Source: Deltaproteobacteria bacterium (GTDB taxonomy: Bacteria > DRYD01). Taken from it: DNA of 64,000 nt. This document shows positions 20,066-29,683 of the stretch, in pieces (positions within the stretch are counted from its first letter, which is position 1; each line of letters starts with the position of its first letter). The position numbers and the translations under genes are program-made. The notes beneath the pieces are model-generated. The model searched no databases, was not told the origin of the DNA, and was given only the letters and a program-made list of their open reading frames with translations. The stretch is from contig JAPYWL010000003.1 in assembly GCA_028276365.1 (NCBI GenBank), positions 4,272-68,271 of the forward strand. The letters are read 5' to 3'.

Positions 20066-20635
20066 TTATTTACCTTTAGCTCCCTTCTTACTTTCTTTTA
20101 AAATTAATTCCTCATCAGCATACCTAATACCCTTACCTTTATAAGAATCTGGTTTTCTATAATTTCTTATATCAGCTGCTACCTGACCAACCAATTCCTT
20201 ATCTATACCTTCTACAACTATTTTTTGATTACCTTCTACTTTTAAAGCAATACCTTCAGGAGGGTAATAAATAATAGAATGTGAATATCCTACTAATAAC
20301 TCAATTCCTTTATCTTTTTGATTAACTTTCCAACCTAAACCAACTACCAATAGTTCCTTCTTAAATCCTTCATTAACTCCCTTAACCATAGAATTAACAA
20401 TACTCCATACAGTACCTAACATTTTATTAGCAAATCTATCAATTTTTTTATTAGAAATATTTTCTAGTTTCTTAGAAATAAATATACTACCATCCTTAAC
20501 TTGGATATCAACATAAGTTAAATTTAATTTCTTAGATAATTTACCTTTAGGACCATTAACAATTACTTCATTTTCCTTTACTTCTAGAGTAGTATTTTTA
20601 GGTAAAATAATAGGTTTTTTAACAAGCTTTGACAT
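20066..20635 (-). CDS. rplF: 50S ribosomal protein L6
   Basis: MSKLVKKPIILPKN..., ...YKGKGIRYADE, and its position after rpsH. Confidence 0.95.
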   Translation of the reverse strand: MSKLVKKPIILPKNTTLEVKENEVIVNGPKGKLSKKLNLTYVDIQVKDGSIFISKKLENISNKKIDRFANKMLGTVWSIVNSMVKGVNEGFKKELLVVGLGWKVNQKDKGIELLVGYSHSIIYYPPEGIALKVEGNQKIVVEGIDKELVGQVAADIRNYRKPDSYKGKGIRYADEELILKESKKGAKGK

Positions 20636-20671
20636 AATTAATGCCCTCCTTGAAAAAATAGTATATTACTA

Positions 20672-21067
20672 TTAATAAACATAACCAATAACTTCTCCTC
20701 CAACTTTTTCTCTATAAGCTTGTTTATGAGATATAACACCCTTAGAAGTAGAAACAATAGTAATACCTATTCCTTTAAAAACAAGTGGTATATTATCATA
20801 AGAAGCATAAATTCTTCTACCTGGCTTACTTATTTTTATTAAATCATTTATAACAGATTTTCCCTTATAATATTTTAAATAAACAACAAAATCATATTTA
20901 TAATCATTAACAGGTTCTATTTTATAATCTAAAATATAACCCTCTTTCTTAAGAATATCTAATATTCTTTTTTTAAAGCTAGATCCCGGTATTCTAACAG
21001 TTTCCTTTTTTCTGGTTATAGCATTTTTAATTCTAGCAAACATATCAGCAATAGGATCAGTAATCAT
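20672..21067 (-). CDS. rpsH: 30S ribosomal protein S8
   Basis: Start re-set to the ATG at 21067, giving the canonical MITDPIADMFARIKNA. An AAGGAGG lies 9 nt upstream. Confidence 0.95.
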   Translation of the reverse strand: MITDPIADMFARIKNAITRKKETVRIPGSSFKKRILDILKKEGYILDYKIEPVNDYKYDFVVYLKYYKGKSVINDLIKISKPGRRIYASYDNIPLVFKGIGITIVSTSKGVISHKQAYREKVGGEVIGYVY

Positions 21068-21081
21068 AGTAAATAACCTCC

Positions 21082-21267
21082 TTACCAACTAGCTTTTCTA
21101 ACACCAGGTAATAAAGCATTATAAGCCATTTTCCTAAGACACATCCTACAAATTCCAAACATTCTAAAATAGCCTCTAGGTCTACCACAAACTTGACATC
21201 TATTTCTAAATCTTACTTTAAATTTAGGTTCTCTTTTCCATTTTTCTAATTGCCCTTTCCTTGGCAT
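21082..21267 (-). CDS. rpsN: 30S ribosomal protein S14, zinc-binding type Z (61 aa)
   Basis: [20 protein letters not shown] and the C-terminal PGVRKASW. Confidence 0.95.
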   Translation of the reverse strand: MPRKGQLEKWKREPKFKVRFRNRCQVCGRPRGYFRMFGICRMCLRKMAYNALLPGVRKASW

Positions 21268-21315
21268 AAAAAACCCCCTTTTTAGTTCTTTTATTAAACT
21301 ATTTCTCTAATTAAT

Positions 21316-21867
21316 TCATTTTTGAAAAGGAAAACCTAACAATCTCAGTAATTCATAAGCTTCTTTATCAGTTTTAGCAGTAGTAACAATAGTTACATCC
21401 ATACCCCTAACTTTATCAATATCATCATACGATAACTCAGGAAAAATTAATTGTTCTTTAATTCCAAGAGTATAATTCCCTTTCCCATCAAATTTCTTAG
21501 ATATCCCTTTAAAGTCTCTTATACGAGGTAATACTATTGAAATTAATTTATCTAAGAAAGCCCACATCCTAGCTTTCCTTAAAGTAACCTTAAGACCTAT
21601 CTTCATCCCTTTCCTTAATTTAAAATTAGATATAGATTTTCTAGCAGAAATAACTAAAGGAGTCTGCCCCGTTATTATCTGTAATTGTTTTTGAACTTTC
21701 TTTATTATATCCTGATTTTGTGTTGCGTCACCTACTCCCATATTTACTACTACTTTCTCTATTTTAGGTATCTCCATAATATTCTTATAATTAAAAATAC
21801 TTTGTAATTCCTTAACTACCTCATCCTTATATTTCCTATATAATCTTAATTCACTTTGTTTAATCAT
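21316..21867 (-). CDS. rplE: 50S ribosomal protein L5
   Basis: Start re-set to the second ATG (21867), which is preceded by GGAGGAG. The [10 protein letters not shown] motif is present. Confidence 0.93.
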   Translation of the reverse strand: MIKQSELRLYRKYKDEVVKELQSIFNYKNIMEIPKIEKVVVNMGVGDATQNQDIIKKVQKQLQIITGQTPLVISARKSISNFKLRKGMKIGLKVTLRKARMWAFLDKLISIVLPRIRDFKGISKKFDGKGNYTLGIKEQLIFPELSYDDIDKVRGMDVTIVTTAKTDKEAYELLRLLGFPFQK

Positions 21868-21890
21868 AAAAATCTCCTCCATTAGCTATA

Positions 21891-22235
21891 CTATTTTTCT
21901 TGCTTTTTAATTTCTTGATTACATTTTTTACAAATTCTTATCTTTTTTAATTTACCTTGATCCTGAATTAATTTAAATCCAACCCTCGTAGGTTTAGTAC
22001 AATTAGGACAAATAAGCATTACTTTAGAAACATCAATAGGTTTTTCTATTTTTATAATTTTAGGTTCCTTTTTAGGAGTATCTTCTAAAGTGGGAATTTT
22101 TACATGCTTTTTAACTATATTTATTCCTTGTAGTAAAACAGAATTATTTTTCCTAAATACTTTAATAACCTTAGAAACTTCTCCCTTATATTTACCTTTA
22201 ATAACTATAACCTTATCTCCTGTATAAATTTTCAT
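21891..22235 (-). CDS. rplX: 50S ribosomal protein L24 (with CxxC...CxxC in the C-terminal half)
   Basis: KOW motif GDKVIVIKGKYKG, with CPNC (residues 76-79) and CKKC (102-105). Confidence 0.9.
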   Translation of the reverse strand: MKIYTGDKVIVIKGKYKGEVSKVIKVFRKNNSVLLQGINIVKKHVKIPTLEDTPKKEPKIIKIEKPIDVSKVMLICPNCTKPTRVGFKLIQDQGKLKKIRICKKCNQEIKKQEK

Positions 22236-22250
22236 ATTTTCTCACCTACC

Positions 22251-22619
22251 CTATACTACTTCAGTAGCTAAAGACAAAATTTTAGCAAAACCCTTTTCTC
22301 TTAATTCCCTTGGAATAGGTCCAAAAATTCTAGTACCCTTTGGATTCCCTTGCTCATCAATTAAAACAACAGCATTATCATCAAACCTAACATAACTTCC
22401 ATCATCTCTTCTATACTTCTTTTTCATTCTAACAATAACAGCAGTAACTACATCTCCTTTTTCTACACTAGAATGAGGAATTGCATCTTTTACTGCTACT
22501 TTAACAATATCCCCAATATAAGCATATTTTCTATACCAATTATTATACATTCCAATCAATTGAACCACTTTAGCTCCTGAATTGTCTGCTACCACTAATT
22601 TAGCCATTCTTGGTAACAT
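22251..22619 (-). CDS. rplN: 50S ribosomal protein L14
   Basis: [10 protein letters not shown] and the C-terminal ILSLATEVV. Confidence 0.95.
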   Translation of the reverse strand: MLPRMAKLVVADNSGAKVVQLIGMYNNWYRKYAYIGDIVKVAVKDAIPHSSVEKGDVVTAVIVRMKKKYRRDDGSYVRFDDNAVVLIDEQGNPKGTRIFGPIPRELREKGFAKILSLATEVV

Positions 22620-22654
22620 AAATTATTCCCCCTTTTATAATAAAATTTCTTCAC

Positions 22655-22912
22655 TTAAATTTTCTTTGCTTTTTCTAATATTTTTATAACAACCCATCTC
22701 TTTAATTTACTTAAAGGTCTACTTTCTAAAATCAAAACCCTATCTCCTTCTTCACACTCATTATTTTCATCATGAGCATAATACTTTTTATAAGTTTTAA
22801 CAACCTTTTTATAAATTGGATGTTTTTTCAAATATTCAACTTTCACAACTACAGTCTTATCCATTTTATTACTAATAACAACTCCCTCTAATTTTTTTTT
22901 ATTAGTTCTCAT
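22655..22912 (-). CDS. rpsQ: 30S ribosomal protein S17
   Basis: Start re-set to the ATG at 22912 ([23 protein letters not shown]). The track start is a GTG overlapping the rpmC stop. Confidence 0.9.
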   Translation of the reverse strand: MRTNKKKLEGVVISNKMDKTVVVKVEYLKKHPIYKKVVKTYKKYYAHDENNECEEGDRVLILESRPLSKLKRWVVIKILEKAKKI

Positions 22913-22920
22913 AAATAGAA

Positions 22921-23136
22921 TCACTCCTTAATTTCTTTATTTTTTTTAACAGATAAAAAATACTTTATTCTAGCTATTTTTTTTCTTAATAAAGAAAGAA
23001 TATGGGGTTTAAAATCAGGAGAAATATTCATTTTTAATTTATTATCAAAATATTCTTTTTTAGTTTTTCTTAATTCATTAACTAAATCTTGATATTCTAA
23101 GGATCTAAGAAATTCCAATTCCTTCTTAGATTTCAT
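22921..23136 (-). CDS. rpmC: 50S ribosomal protein L29
   Basis: Start re-set to the ATG at 23136, after AAAGGAGGTG. The product is a small helical protein between rplP and rpsQ. Confidence 0.9.
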   Translation of the reverse strand: MKSKKELEFLRSLEYQDLVNELRKTKKEYFDNKLKMNISPDFKPHILSLLRKKIARIKYFLSVKKNKEIKE

Positions 23137-23159
23137 TAGAAAACTCACCTCCTTTTAAA

Positions 23160-23567
23160 TTATTCTTTTTCCACGATTTTCGTTTTAATAGGAAGTTTAT
23201 AAGACGCCTGAGTTAATACTTCATATGCATCCTCTTTTTTTAAGCCAGTTAATTCGAACATAACAACCCCAGGTCTAACAACTGCTACATATTTTTCTAC
23301 ATCAGCTTTACCTCCACCCATCCTAGATTCTGCAGGTTTCTTGGTAACTGGCTTATGAGGGAAGATTCTAATCCACAATTTTCCACCTTTTTTAAGATTC
23401 TTAGAAATAACAATTCTAGCAGCCTCTATCTGATTAGCAGTAATCCAACTAGGTTCTAATGCCATTAAACCATAATCTCCAAATGCTACATAATTACATT
23501 TAGTAGCTTTCCTTTTCATTCTCCCTCTTCTTTCTTTTCTAAATTTTCTTCTTTTTGGTGCTAACAT
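23160..23567 (-). CDS. rplP: 50S ribosomal protein L16
   Basis: Start re-set to the ATG at 23567, giving the canonical [11 protein letters not shown]. An AAAGGGGTG SD lies upstream. Confidence 0.95.
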   Translation of the reverse strand: MLAPKRRKFRKERRGRMKRKATKCNYVAFGDYGLMALEPSWITANQIEAARIVISKNLKKGGKLWIRIFPHKPVTKKPAESRMGGGKADVEKYVAVVRPGVVMFELTGLKKEDAYEVLTQASYKLPIKTKIVEKE

Positions 23568-23607
23568 ATCTATAACACCCCTTTTCAATTTTAATATAAA
23601 AAATAAA

Positions 23608-24375
23608 CTAAATCTCCTTTGGCATAGAAGCTAATTTTAATTTCTCTAGTACTTCAAATTGTTTCTTAGTTTCTTCATCTTTAAATGTCATACCTTTATA
23701 TATCCAAACTTTAACACCAATAACTCCCCATTTTGTCATAGCCTCATCTAAAGCATAATCAATATCAGCCATTAAAGTTTGTAAAGGTACCTTACCTAAA
23801 ATTATTCTTTCTCTTCTAGCTAATTCAGCACCATCTAATCTACCAGCAACTTCTATTCTAACTCCTTGTGCTCCTACTCTAATAACCCTAATAGCAGCAG
23901 CACGCATAGCTCTTCTAAAACTAACCCGCTGCTCTAACTGTCTTGCTATACTATGTGCAACTAATTTGGCACTCAAATCAGGATGCTCCACTTCTTTTAC
24001 TTCTATAACAGCTTCCTTACCAAACTCCTTAAATATAGCATTCTTTAAAGCTTCTATATCGCTTCCTCTCTTACCTATTATTATTGCAGGCTTAGATGTA
24101 TAAATAGTTATATGTAAATTATTAGATTTCCTACCTATAATTATCTTTTCAATAGAAGCAGGATTAGGATCCTTGAATTTAGCACTACCCTCCTTGACTT
24201 TTAACCCCATCTTTTTTATTATACTTTTTCTTATATAACTAAATATAAAATTCCTTATTTTATGATCTTCAATAACAGCAGCTTGATAATCCTTTTTCTT
24301 AGGGAAAAACCAAATACTATCCCAGTACTTATTTATCCCTAATCTTAAAGCCTTAGGATGTACTTTCTGACCCAA
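23608..24375 (-). CDS. rpsC: 30S ribosomal protein S3
   Basis: Start re-set to the TTG at 24375, giving the canonical (M)[19 protein letters not shown] lies immediately upstream. The protein has KH and S3-C domains. Confidence 0.93.
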   Translation of the reverse strand: MGQKVHPKALRLGINKYWDSIWFFPKKKDYQAAVIEDHKIRNFIFSYIRKSIIKKMGLKVKEGSAKFKDPNPASIEKIIIGRKSNNLHITIYTSKPAIIIGKRGSDIEALKNAIFKEFGKEAVIEVKEVEHPDLSAKLVAHSIARQLEQRVSFRRAMRAAAIRVIRVGAQGVRIEVAGRLDGAELARRERIILGKVPLQTLMADIDYALDEAMTKWGVIGVKVWIYKGMTFKDEETKKQFEVLEKLKLASMPKEI

Positions 24376-24405
24376 AAAAAACACCTCCTTACTTTATTTT
24401 CTTAT

Positions 24406-24954
24406 TTATTTCCCAACTTTTACTTCCTTAGATTCCTTTACTTTTCTTTTTTTAATTTTAGTTCTTTCACCAACTTTTAAAGTAATATGAGAAGTATGTT
24501 TTAAAATCCTAGTTCCTGAGCCCCGAGCTTTAGTATCCCATCTTTTTATATATGGCCCCTTATTAACAAAAACTTCATAAACAAACAAATTGTTAATATC
24601 AACATCTTTATATTTATCAGATAAATATTCAGCATTGGCTTTAACAGAAAGCAATAATTTTTCAACCATTCTTGCAGCTTTCCTTGGAATGAAAGCTACT
24701 ATGTTAATAGCTTCATCTAAGGATTTTCCTCTAATTAAATCTAAAATAGGCTTTACTTTTTTATAAGAAGTCCTTAAATATCTAGCAAATCCATTAAAAG
24801 TAAAAGGAGTCACTTTAAAAGAATTCCATTTATTTTCCCAATATTTTTGATGAGCAATTCTTTTAGCTTCCTTTAAATCCTTTGCTTTAATTAATTCAAA
24901 TTTTTTATTATTATCAGCATCTTTATAAACTATTTTATAAGTATATAAATACAT
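24406..24954 (-). CDS. rplV: 50S ribosomal protein L22 with an approximately 55-aa N-terminal extension
   Basis: The core ARYLRTSYKKVKPILDLIRGKSLDEAINIV... is canonical L22. The ATG at 24954 has an AAAGGGGGC SD. No internal ATG lies before the core. Confidence 0.85.
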   Translation of the reverse strand: MYLYTYKIVYKDADNNKKFELIKAKDLKEAKRIAHQKYWENKWNSFKVTPFTFNGFARYLRTSYKKVKPILDLIRGKSLDEAINIVAFIPRKAARMVEKLLLSVKANAEYLSDKYKDVDINNLFVYEVFVNKGPYIKRWDTKARGSGTRILKHTSHITLKVGERTKIKKRKVKESKEVKVGK

Positions 24955-24989
24955 AATAAAAAGCCCCCTTTAATATTACTTTCTGTATT

Positions 24990-25271
24990 TTATTTTTTCT
25001 CTTTAGAAGCTCCTTTTTTCTCAGGATGTCCCTTAAAAGTTCTAGTAGGAGCAAACTCACCAAGCTTATGTCCAATCATTTGTTCAGTAACATAAACAGG
25101 AACATGCCCTTTACCATTATGTACCAAAAAAGTAAGTCCAACCATTTCAGGAACAATTGTACTTCGTCTTGACCAAGTTTTAATAGTTTTTTCACCTGTT
25201 TGAATTGCTTTTAATACTTTTTTATATAATTTTTCATCAACAAATGGTCCTTTCTTAGAGCTTCTACCCAT
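24990..25271 (-). CDS. rpsS: 30S ribosomal protein S19
   Basis: [12 protein letters not shown]...HNGK...[13 protein letters not shown]. Confidence 0.95.
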   Translation of the reverse strand: MGRSSKKGPFVDEKLYKKVLKAIQTGEKTIKTWSRRSTIVPEMVGLTFLVHNGKGHVPVYVTEQMIGHKLGEFAPTRTFKGHPEKKGASKEKK

Positions 25272-25288
25272 AAAATATTCCCCTCCTA

Positions 25289-26125
25289 CTACTTGTTCTT
25301 AGGTCTTCTACTTATTATAAACTTACTAGAGCTTTTCTTTTCTTTTCTTGTTTTATAACCTACAGTAGGTTTACCCCATGGAGTAACACTAGGCCTACCT
25401 GGATGAGTTCTACCTTCTCCTCCACCATGTGGATGATCCACAACATTCATACACGTACCTCTTACATGAGGTCGCCTATCAAGATACCTCATTCTGCCAG
25501 CTTTACCAATAACTAAATTATGATGCTCTTGATTAGAAACTCTACCAATAGTAGCCCTACATTTAGCATTAATCTTTCTAATTTCTCCAGATGGTAATCT
25601 AACAATAGCATAATCCTCTTCTTTTCCTATTAACTGAGCTACACTCCCTGCTGATCTTGCTAATTGTCCACCCTTACCTGGATATAATTCAACATTATGA
25701 ATAAAAGTACCAACAGGTATATTCCTTAAAGGTAAACAATTACCTACTTTTATTTCTACGTTTTCCCCAGATTCAATAACATCTCCAACTTTTAAACCTT
25801 CAGGAGTAATAATATATCTTTTTTCGCCATCCTCATACTCTACTAACGAAATCCAAGCACTTCTATTAGGATCATATTCTATAGTTTTAACAACAGCCTT
25901 AACATTATCTTTATTTCTCTTAAAATCTATTATTCTTACTCTTCTCTTATGACCTCCTCCTCTAAATCTAACCGTAACTTTACCTTGATTATTTCTTCCT
26001 CCCTTTTTCTTTTTTATAACAGTTAAAGGTTTATAAGGACTATCAGTAGTTAATTCGCTTTTAAAATCATAATAAACTACAAATCTTCTACCCGGAGAAG
26101 TAGGATTAACTTTTTTTAAAGCCAT
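25289..26125 (-). CDS. rplB: 50S ribosomal protein L2
   Basis: PTSPGRR and [12 protein letters not shown]. Confidence 0.97.
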   Translation of the reverse strand: MALKKVNPTSPGRRFVVYYDFKSELTTDSPYKPLTVIKKKKGGRNNQGKVTVRFRGGGHKRRVRIIDFKRNKDNVKAVVKTIEYDPNRSAWISLVEYEDGEKRYIITPEGLKVGDVIESGENVEIKVGNCLPLRNIPVGTFIHNVELYPGKGGQLARSAGSVAQLIGKEEDYAIVRLPSGEIRKINAKCRATIGRVSNQEHHNLVIGKAGRMRYLDRRPHVRGTCMNVVDHPHGGGEGRTHPGRPSVTPWGKPTVGYKTRKEKKSSSKFIISRRPKNK

Positions 26126-26144
26126 ATTTTTTCCTCCTTATTTT

Positions 26145-26501
26145 TTATTTTTTCTCTAATAAATTCTCAATAAAATCTATTTTATATCCCTCTTTAAGAG
26201 TAATAATAGCTTTCTTATAACCCTTAGCTTTATGTTTATAATATATATTTCTATTTGATTGGAACTTATACCTACTTCTATAGTAAGTAGTTTTAGGAGG
26301 AATATTAACAATATTTATTTTATCAACCTTAACATTAAATAATTTTTGAACCGCATTTTTTACATCCACTTTAGTAGCTCTTTTATCTATTTCAAATACA
26401 TATTTTTTCTTACTACCTTGATTTAATAAATTTAATGCTTTCTCAGTTAATATTGGCTTTTTTAATACTTCATATAAATTAATCTCTGTTTTAGATTTCA
26501 T
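26145..26501 (-). CDS. rplW: 50S ribosomal protein L23
   Basis: LKKPILTEKA...YVFEIDKRATKVDVKNAVQKLFNVKV. Confidence 0.9.
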   Translation of the reverse strand: MKSKTEINLYEVLKKPILTEKALNLLNQGSKKKYVFEIDKRATKVDVKNAVQKLFNVKVDKINIVNIPPKTTYYRSRYKFQSNRNIYYKHKAKGYKKAIITLKEGYKIDFIENLLEKK

Positions 26502-26514
26502 AAAATTTACCTCC

Positions 26515-27195
26515 TTAGCTATTAACTTTATCTTTAATTAAATTATTATTAACATATTCAATAAATAATTCATTTAATCTCTCCCAAGCTTTTTTATCTA
26601 AGATAACTTTTTTAGCACTTAAAATATCTTCTACATTTAAATTATCAGCTTTTAGAACTTTCCTTGTAGATTCATGATTCCTAACACTTTTTATAAGATT
26701 TAAAACTTTTTCATCTTTTTCCCCATATAAATAAACTATTTTATCTAAATTTAAATTTAAAGCTTTAGCTAAATTTTCCACATTTTTAGTTTTAATTTCT
26801 TTAAAAGGATATTCTTCTAAAACTATAAAATCATCTATCTTTAAACCAATTAAAGAATATAAAGCTAATTTTCTTTGTTTCTTATTCATTTTAATAGAAA
26901 AATCACGAGGTTGAGGACCAAATACTACTCCACCTTTTCTCCAAATAGGAGACCTAATACTACCATGTCTAGCCCTACCAGTATGTTTTTGAGCCCATGG
27001 TTTTCTACCTCCTCCTCGAACCTCACCCCTTCTCTTTGTCTTAACAGTACCTAATCTTCTATTAGCCCATTGTCTTACTAAATGCATATGAACTAATTCC
27101 TTTATAAATTCTCTTTTAAAATCAACTTTTAATTCATAAATACCTTGATTATTGAAATTATCATCAATTTTATAAACCTTTATAACTTTTTCCAT
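26515..27195 (-). CDS. rplD: 50S ribosomal protein L4
   Basis: GGGRKPWAQKHTGRARHGSIRSPIWRKGGVVFGP. Confidence 0.95.
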   Translation of the reverse strand: MEKVIKVYKIDDNFNNQGIYELKVDFKREFIKELVHMHLVRQWANRRLGTVKTKRRGEVRGGGRKPWAQKHTGRARHGSIRSPIWRKGGVVFGPQPRDFSIKMNKKQRKLALYSLIGLKIDDFIVLEEYPFKEIKTKNVENLAKALNLNLDKIVYLYGEKDEKVLNLIKSVRNHESTRKVLKADNLNVEDILSAKKVILDKKAWERLNELFIEYVNNNLIKDKVNS

Positions 27196-27229
27196 AACTA
27201 TTATTCCTCCTTATTTTTAAAATTAATTA

Positions 27230-27856
27230 CTAATTAGATAATTTAATTATCTTTAATAAAGAATTATTAGCTCCAGGGACACTTCCTTTTATTAATAATA
27301 GATTTTTTTCTTTAATAACATCAACTATTTCAAGATTTCTAATAGTAACAGTTTCATCACCATATTTACCAGGTCTCCTTTTACCAGGTCTAGTAGGTCC
27401 AATCCTAGAAGTAGCATTACTACCAGCTTTTCTATGATGCTTACTACCATGAGACATAGGACCTCTACTAGCATTCCATCTTTTAATCATTCCACTAAAG
27501 CCTCTACCTTTTGTTTTTCCAGTAACCTTTATTAAATCTCCAGCTTTAAATAAATCTACATCTATAACATCTCCAACTTTATATTTTTTAGCTATTTCTT
27601 CATTAACTTTAATTTCTCCAATTATTTTATAATACTCATTTAATCCAGCTTTTTCAAATACTCCCTTAAGAGGTTTATCTAATTTAGAAGGATCTACTTG
27701 AACAAAAGCAAGCTTTAAAGAATAATAACCATCTTTATCTTTATTTTTTATTTGTATTACTTTACATGGCCCAGCTAAAACCACACTAACCGGAATTAAT
27801 TTATCCCCTTTATATATTTCCGTCATTCCCACCTTTAATCCAAATAATCCTAACAT
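27230..27856 (-). CDS. rplC: 50S ribosomal protein L3
   Basis: GLKVGMTEIY...TGKTKGRGFSGMIKRWN. Confidence 0.95.
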   Translation of the reverse strand: MLGLFGLKVGMTEIYKGDKLIPVSVVLAGPCKVIQIKNKDKDGYYSLKLAFVQVDPSKLDKPLKGVFEKAGLNEYYKIIGEIKVNEEIAKKYKVGDVIDVDLFKAGDLIKVTGKTKGRGFSGMIKRWNASRGPMSHGSKHHRKAGSNATSRIGPTRPGKRRPGKYGDETVTIRNLEIVDVIKEKNLLLIKGSVPGANNSLLKIIKLSN

Positions 27857-27887
27857 ATTATATACCTCCTTTTTCTAACACTATTCC

Positions 27888-29150
27888 TTAATTTATTTTA
27901 TAATAAAAAAAGGTAACTATAGAAAAACAAATAATAAATAAGGAAAAAATTTTATAAACAGTTAATAAATTAATAAAGTAGGCAATATTACCTAATACAA
28001 AAGCTCCTAAAAAACCTAAAGATACATTCAATAAAGAATATAACGAAACAACTTTAGCAATATAAGAAGAATCCGTTACAATCTGAACTCTATTATTAGA
28101 TACTCCAAAAATAACTGATTGCAAAAATCCAACAAAAGGAATAAAGTAATATATATAATTAGGAATAAAAGAAATAACAAGAAATAAAGTACCATATAAA
28201 AACATAATGACCTCTTCAGAAAAATTAACAACAAAACTGGGACTAAATGAAGCTACAAAAATAGCACCAATAATTGCTCCTATGCCTAACAAAGAAAGTA
28301 TCCAAGAAAAATTAGAAATACTTCCCTTTAAAACATTCTTAGTAAAAACTTGTAATAAAGATAATAAAGATAACCCTAAAAAATTAATTATAGCTATACT
28401 TATAAAACTTTTAAGTATTAATTTATTGTTATATATGTATTTTATAACCTCTTTTATTTCCTTAATTATAGTGTTTCTTAGGTCATTTTTATCATTTTTA
28501 TTATTATAATGGATTTCAGGTAAATTTTTAGAAAAAATTAATAATAAAATAAGAGGTAGAAAAGAAATAGTATTAAATAAAAATCCCATATATAATCCAA
28601 ATTTTTTAGCTAAGAATGCTGCAAAAATAGGGCCAATAACTCTTGATAAATTAAACGTCAATCCCTGTAAACTAAAAGCACTAGTTAAATCTTTTTCTTG
28701 GCTAATATTTTTTATTAAAGTACTTCTAGCAGGAAAATAAAAACTCATGGTAATCCCACTAATAAAACCTAATATTAACAAATAAATTCCATTTATTTTA
28801 TTAGTATAAACTAAATAAGTTATAAAACAAGCATTAAAAAAATCAACAAATTGAATAATAATTAAAACTTTTCTATACCCTAACCTATCTATAACAATTC
28901 CACTAACAAAAGAAAAAATAAGAGATGGTAAAAATCTAATTAAATTAAAATTACCAGTAAATTGAGAAGCTAAATTAGGGTTAGGGAAAATAATATTAAT
29001 TAACCATTGCCTTAAAGTATAATCAACCCAGTTACCTATTAGCGATATACCTTGAAAAAACCAAAAATAAAAATAAAACGGGTTTTTTAAAGCCCTAAAA
29101 GGATTTTCTATTGGAAAATTACTATCTTTGTTAGTTATATTTATACTCAT
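27888..29150 (-). CDS. MFS-type transporter (MFS_3 / EntS-like) embedded in the S10 operon
   Basis: 420 aa with about 12 hydrophobic segments. The N-terminal FRALKNPFYFYFWFFQGISLIGNW pattern is typical of the EntS-like MFS subfamily. The gene is co-directional with rpsJ and rplC, with 24-nt and 31-nt gaps to them. Confidence 0.7.
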   Translation of the reverse strand: MSINITNKDSNFPIENPFRALKNPFYFYFWFFQGISLIGNWVDYTLRQWLINIIFPNPNLASQFTGNFNLIRFLPSLIFSFVSGIVIDRLGYRKVLIIIQFVDFFNACFITYLVYTNKINGIYLLILGFISGITMSFYFPARSTLIKNISQEKDLTSAFSLQGLTFNLSRVIGPIFAAFLAKKFGLYMGFLFNTISFLPLILLLIFSKNLPEIHYNNKNDKNDLRNTIIKEIKEVIKYIYNNKLILKSFISIAIINFLGLSLLSLLQVFTKNVLKGSISNFSWILSLLGIGAIIGAIFVASFSPSFVVNFSEEVIMFLYGTLFLVISFIPNYIYYFIPFVGFLQSVIFGVSNNRVQIVTDSSYIAKVVSLYSLLNVSLGFLGAFVLGNIAYFINLLTVYKIFSLFIICFSIVTFFYYKIN

Positions 29151-29174
29151 ATTTTGATTTACTAATTTTTTATA

Positions 29175-29489
29175 CTAAATTGTTTTAATAACAACTTCAA
29201 CACCTTCTGGTAAATCTATTTTTTTAATTTCCTCAATAGTTTTAGGAGTGTAATCAGATATTTCAAGTAATCTTTTATGAATTTTTAATTCAAAATGTTC
29301 TCCTGATCTTTTATCAACGTGAGGAGAACGTGTAACACAAAAAAGTCTTCGTTTTACTGGTAAATAAACAGGTCCTATTACTTTAGCACCTGTTCCTAAT
29401 GCCATATCTATTATTTTATTAACAGATTTATCTAATAATTTATGATCCCAACTCATTAATTTTATTCTTATCTTAGGTAATTTACTCAT
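29175..29489 (-). CDS. rpsJ: 30S ribosomal protein S10
   Basis: IRIKLMSWDHKLLD...PLPVKRRLFCVTRSPHVDKRSGEHFE. Confidence 0.95.
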   Translation of the reverse strand: MSKLPKIRIKLMSWDHKLLDKSVNKIIDMALGTGAKVIGPVYLPVKRRLFCVTRSPHVDKRSGEHFELKIHKRLLEISDYTPKTIEEIKKIDLPEGVEVVIKTI

Positions 29490-29683
29490 ACTTTAAAAAC
29501 CTCCATCTATTATAAATATCTTTGTAATTATTTTATTCAATAAAAAATCTTTTTTTCCTTTTTATAATTAAATAAAATGAATTAATCTCTATTACAGGAA
29601 ATCAGTTTAAGTGAAAATAAAGGCTGAATTTTATTATCTTTCTTAGTTATTTTTTAAATTAATCCTAATACTTTTTTAAATTC

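Noticed and set aside
16471-24384. N-terminal extensions in the ORF track for secD, rpsH, rplE, rpsQ, rpmC, rplP, rpsC, the GGDEF protein and the 150-aa ORF.
   Set aside because: The track starts are TTG, GTG or upstream ATG codons that overlap the true SD sequences. Canonical N-termini begin at downstream SD-preceded codons, so these extensions are artefacts rather than novel domains. The L22 extension is the exception and is reported as a finding.
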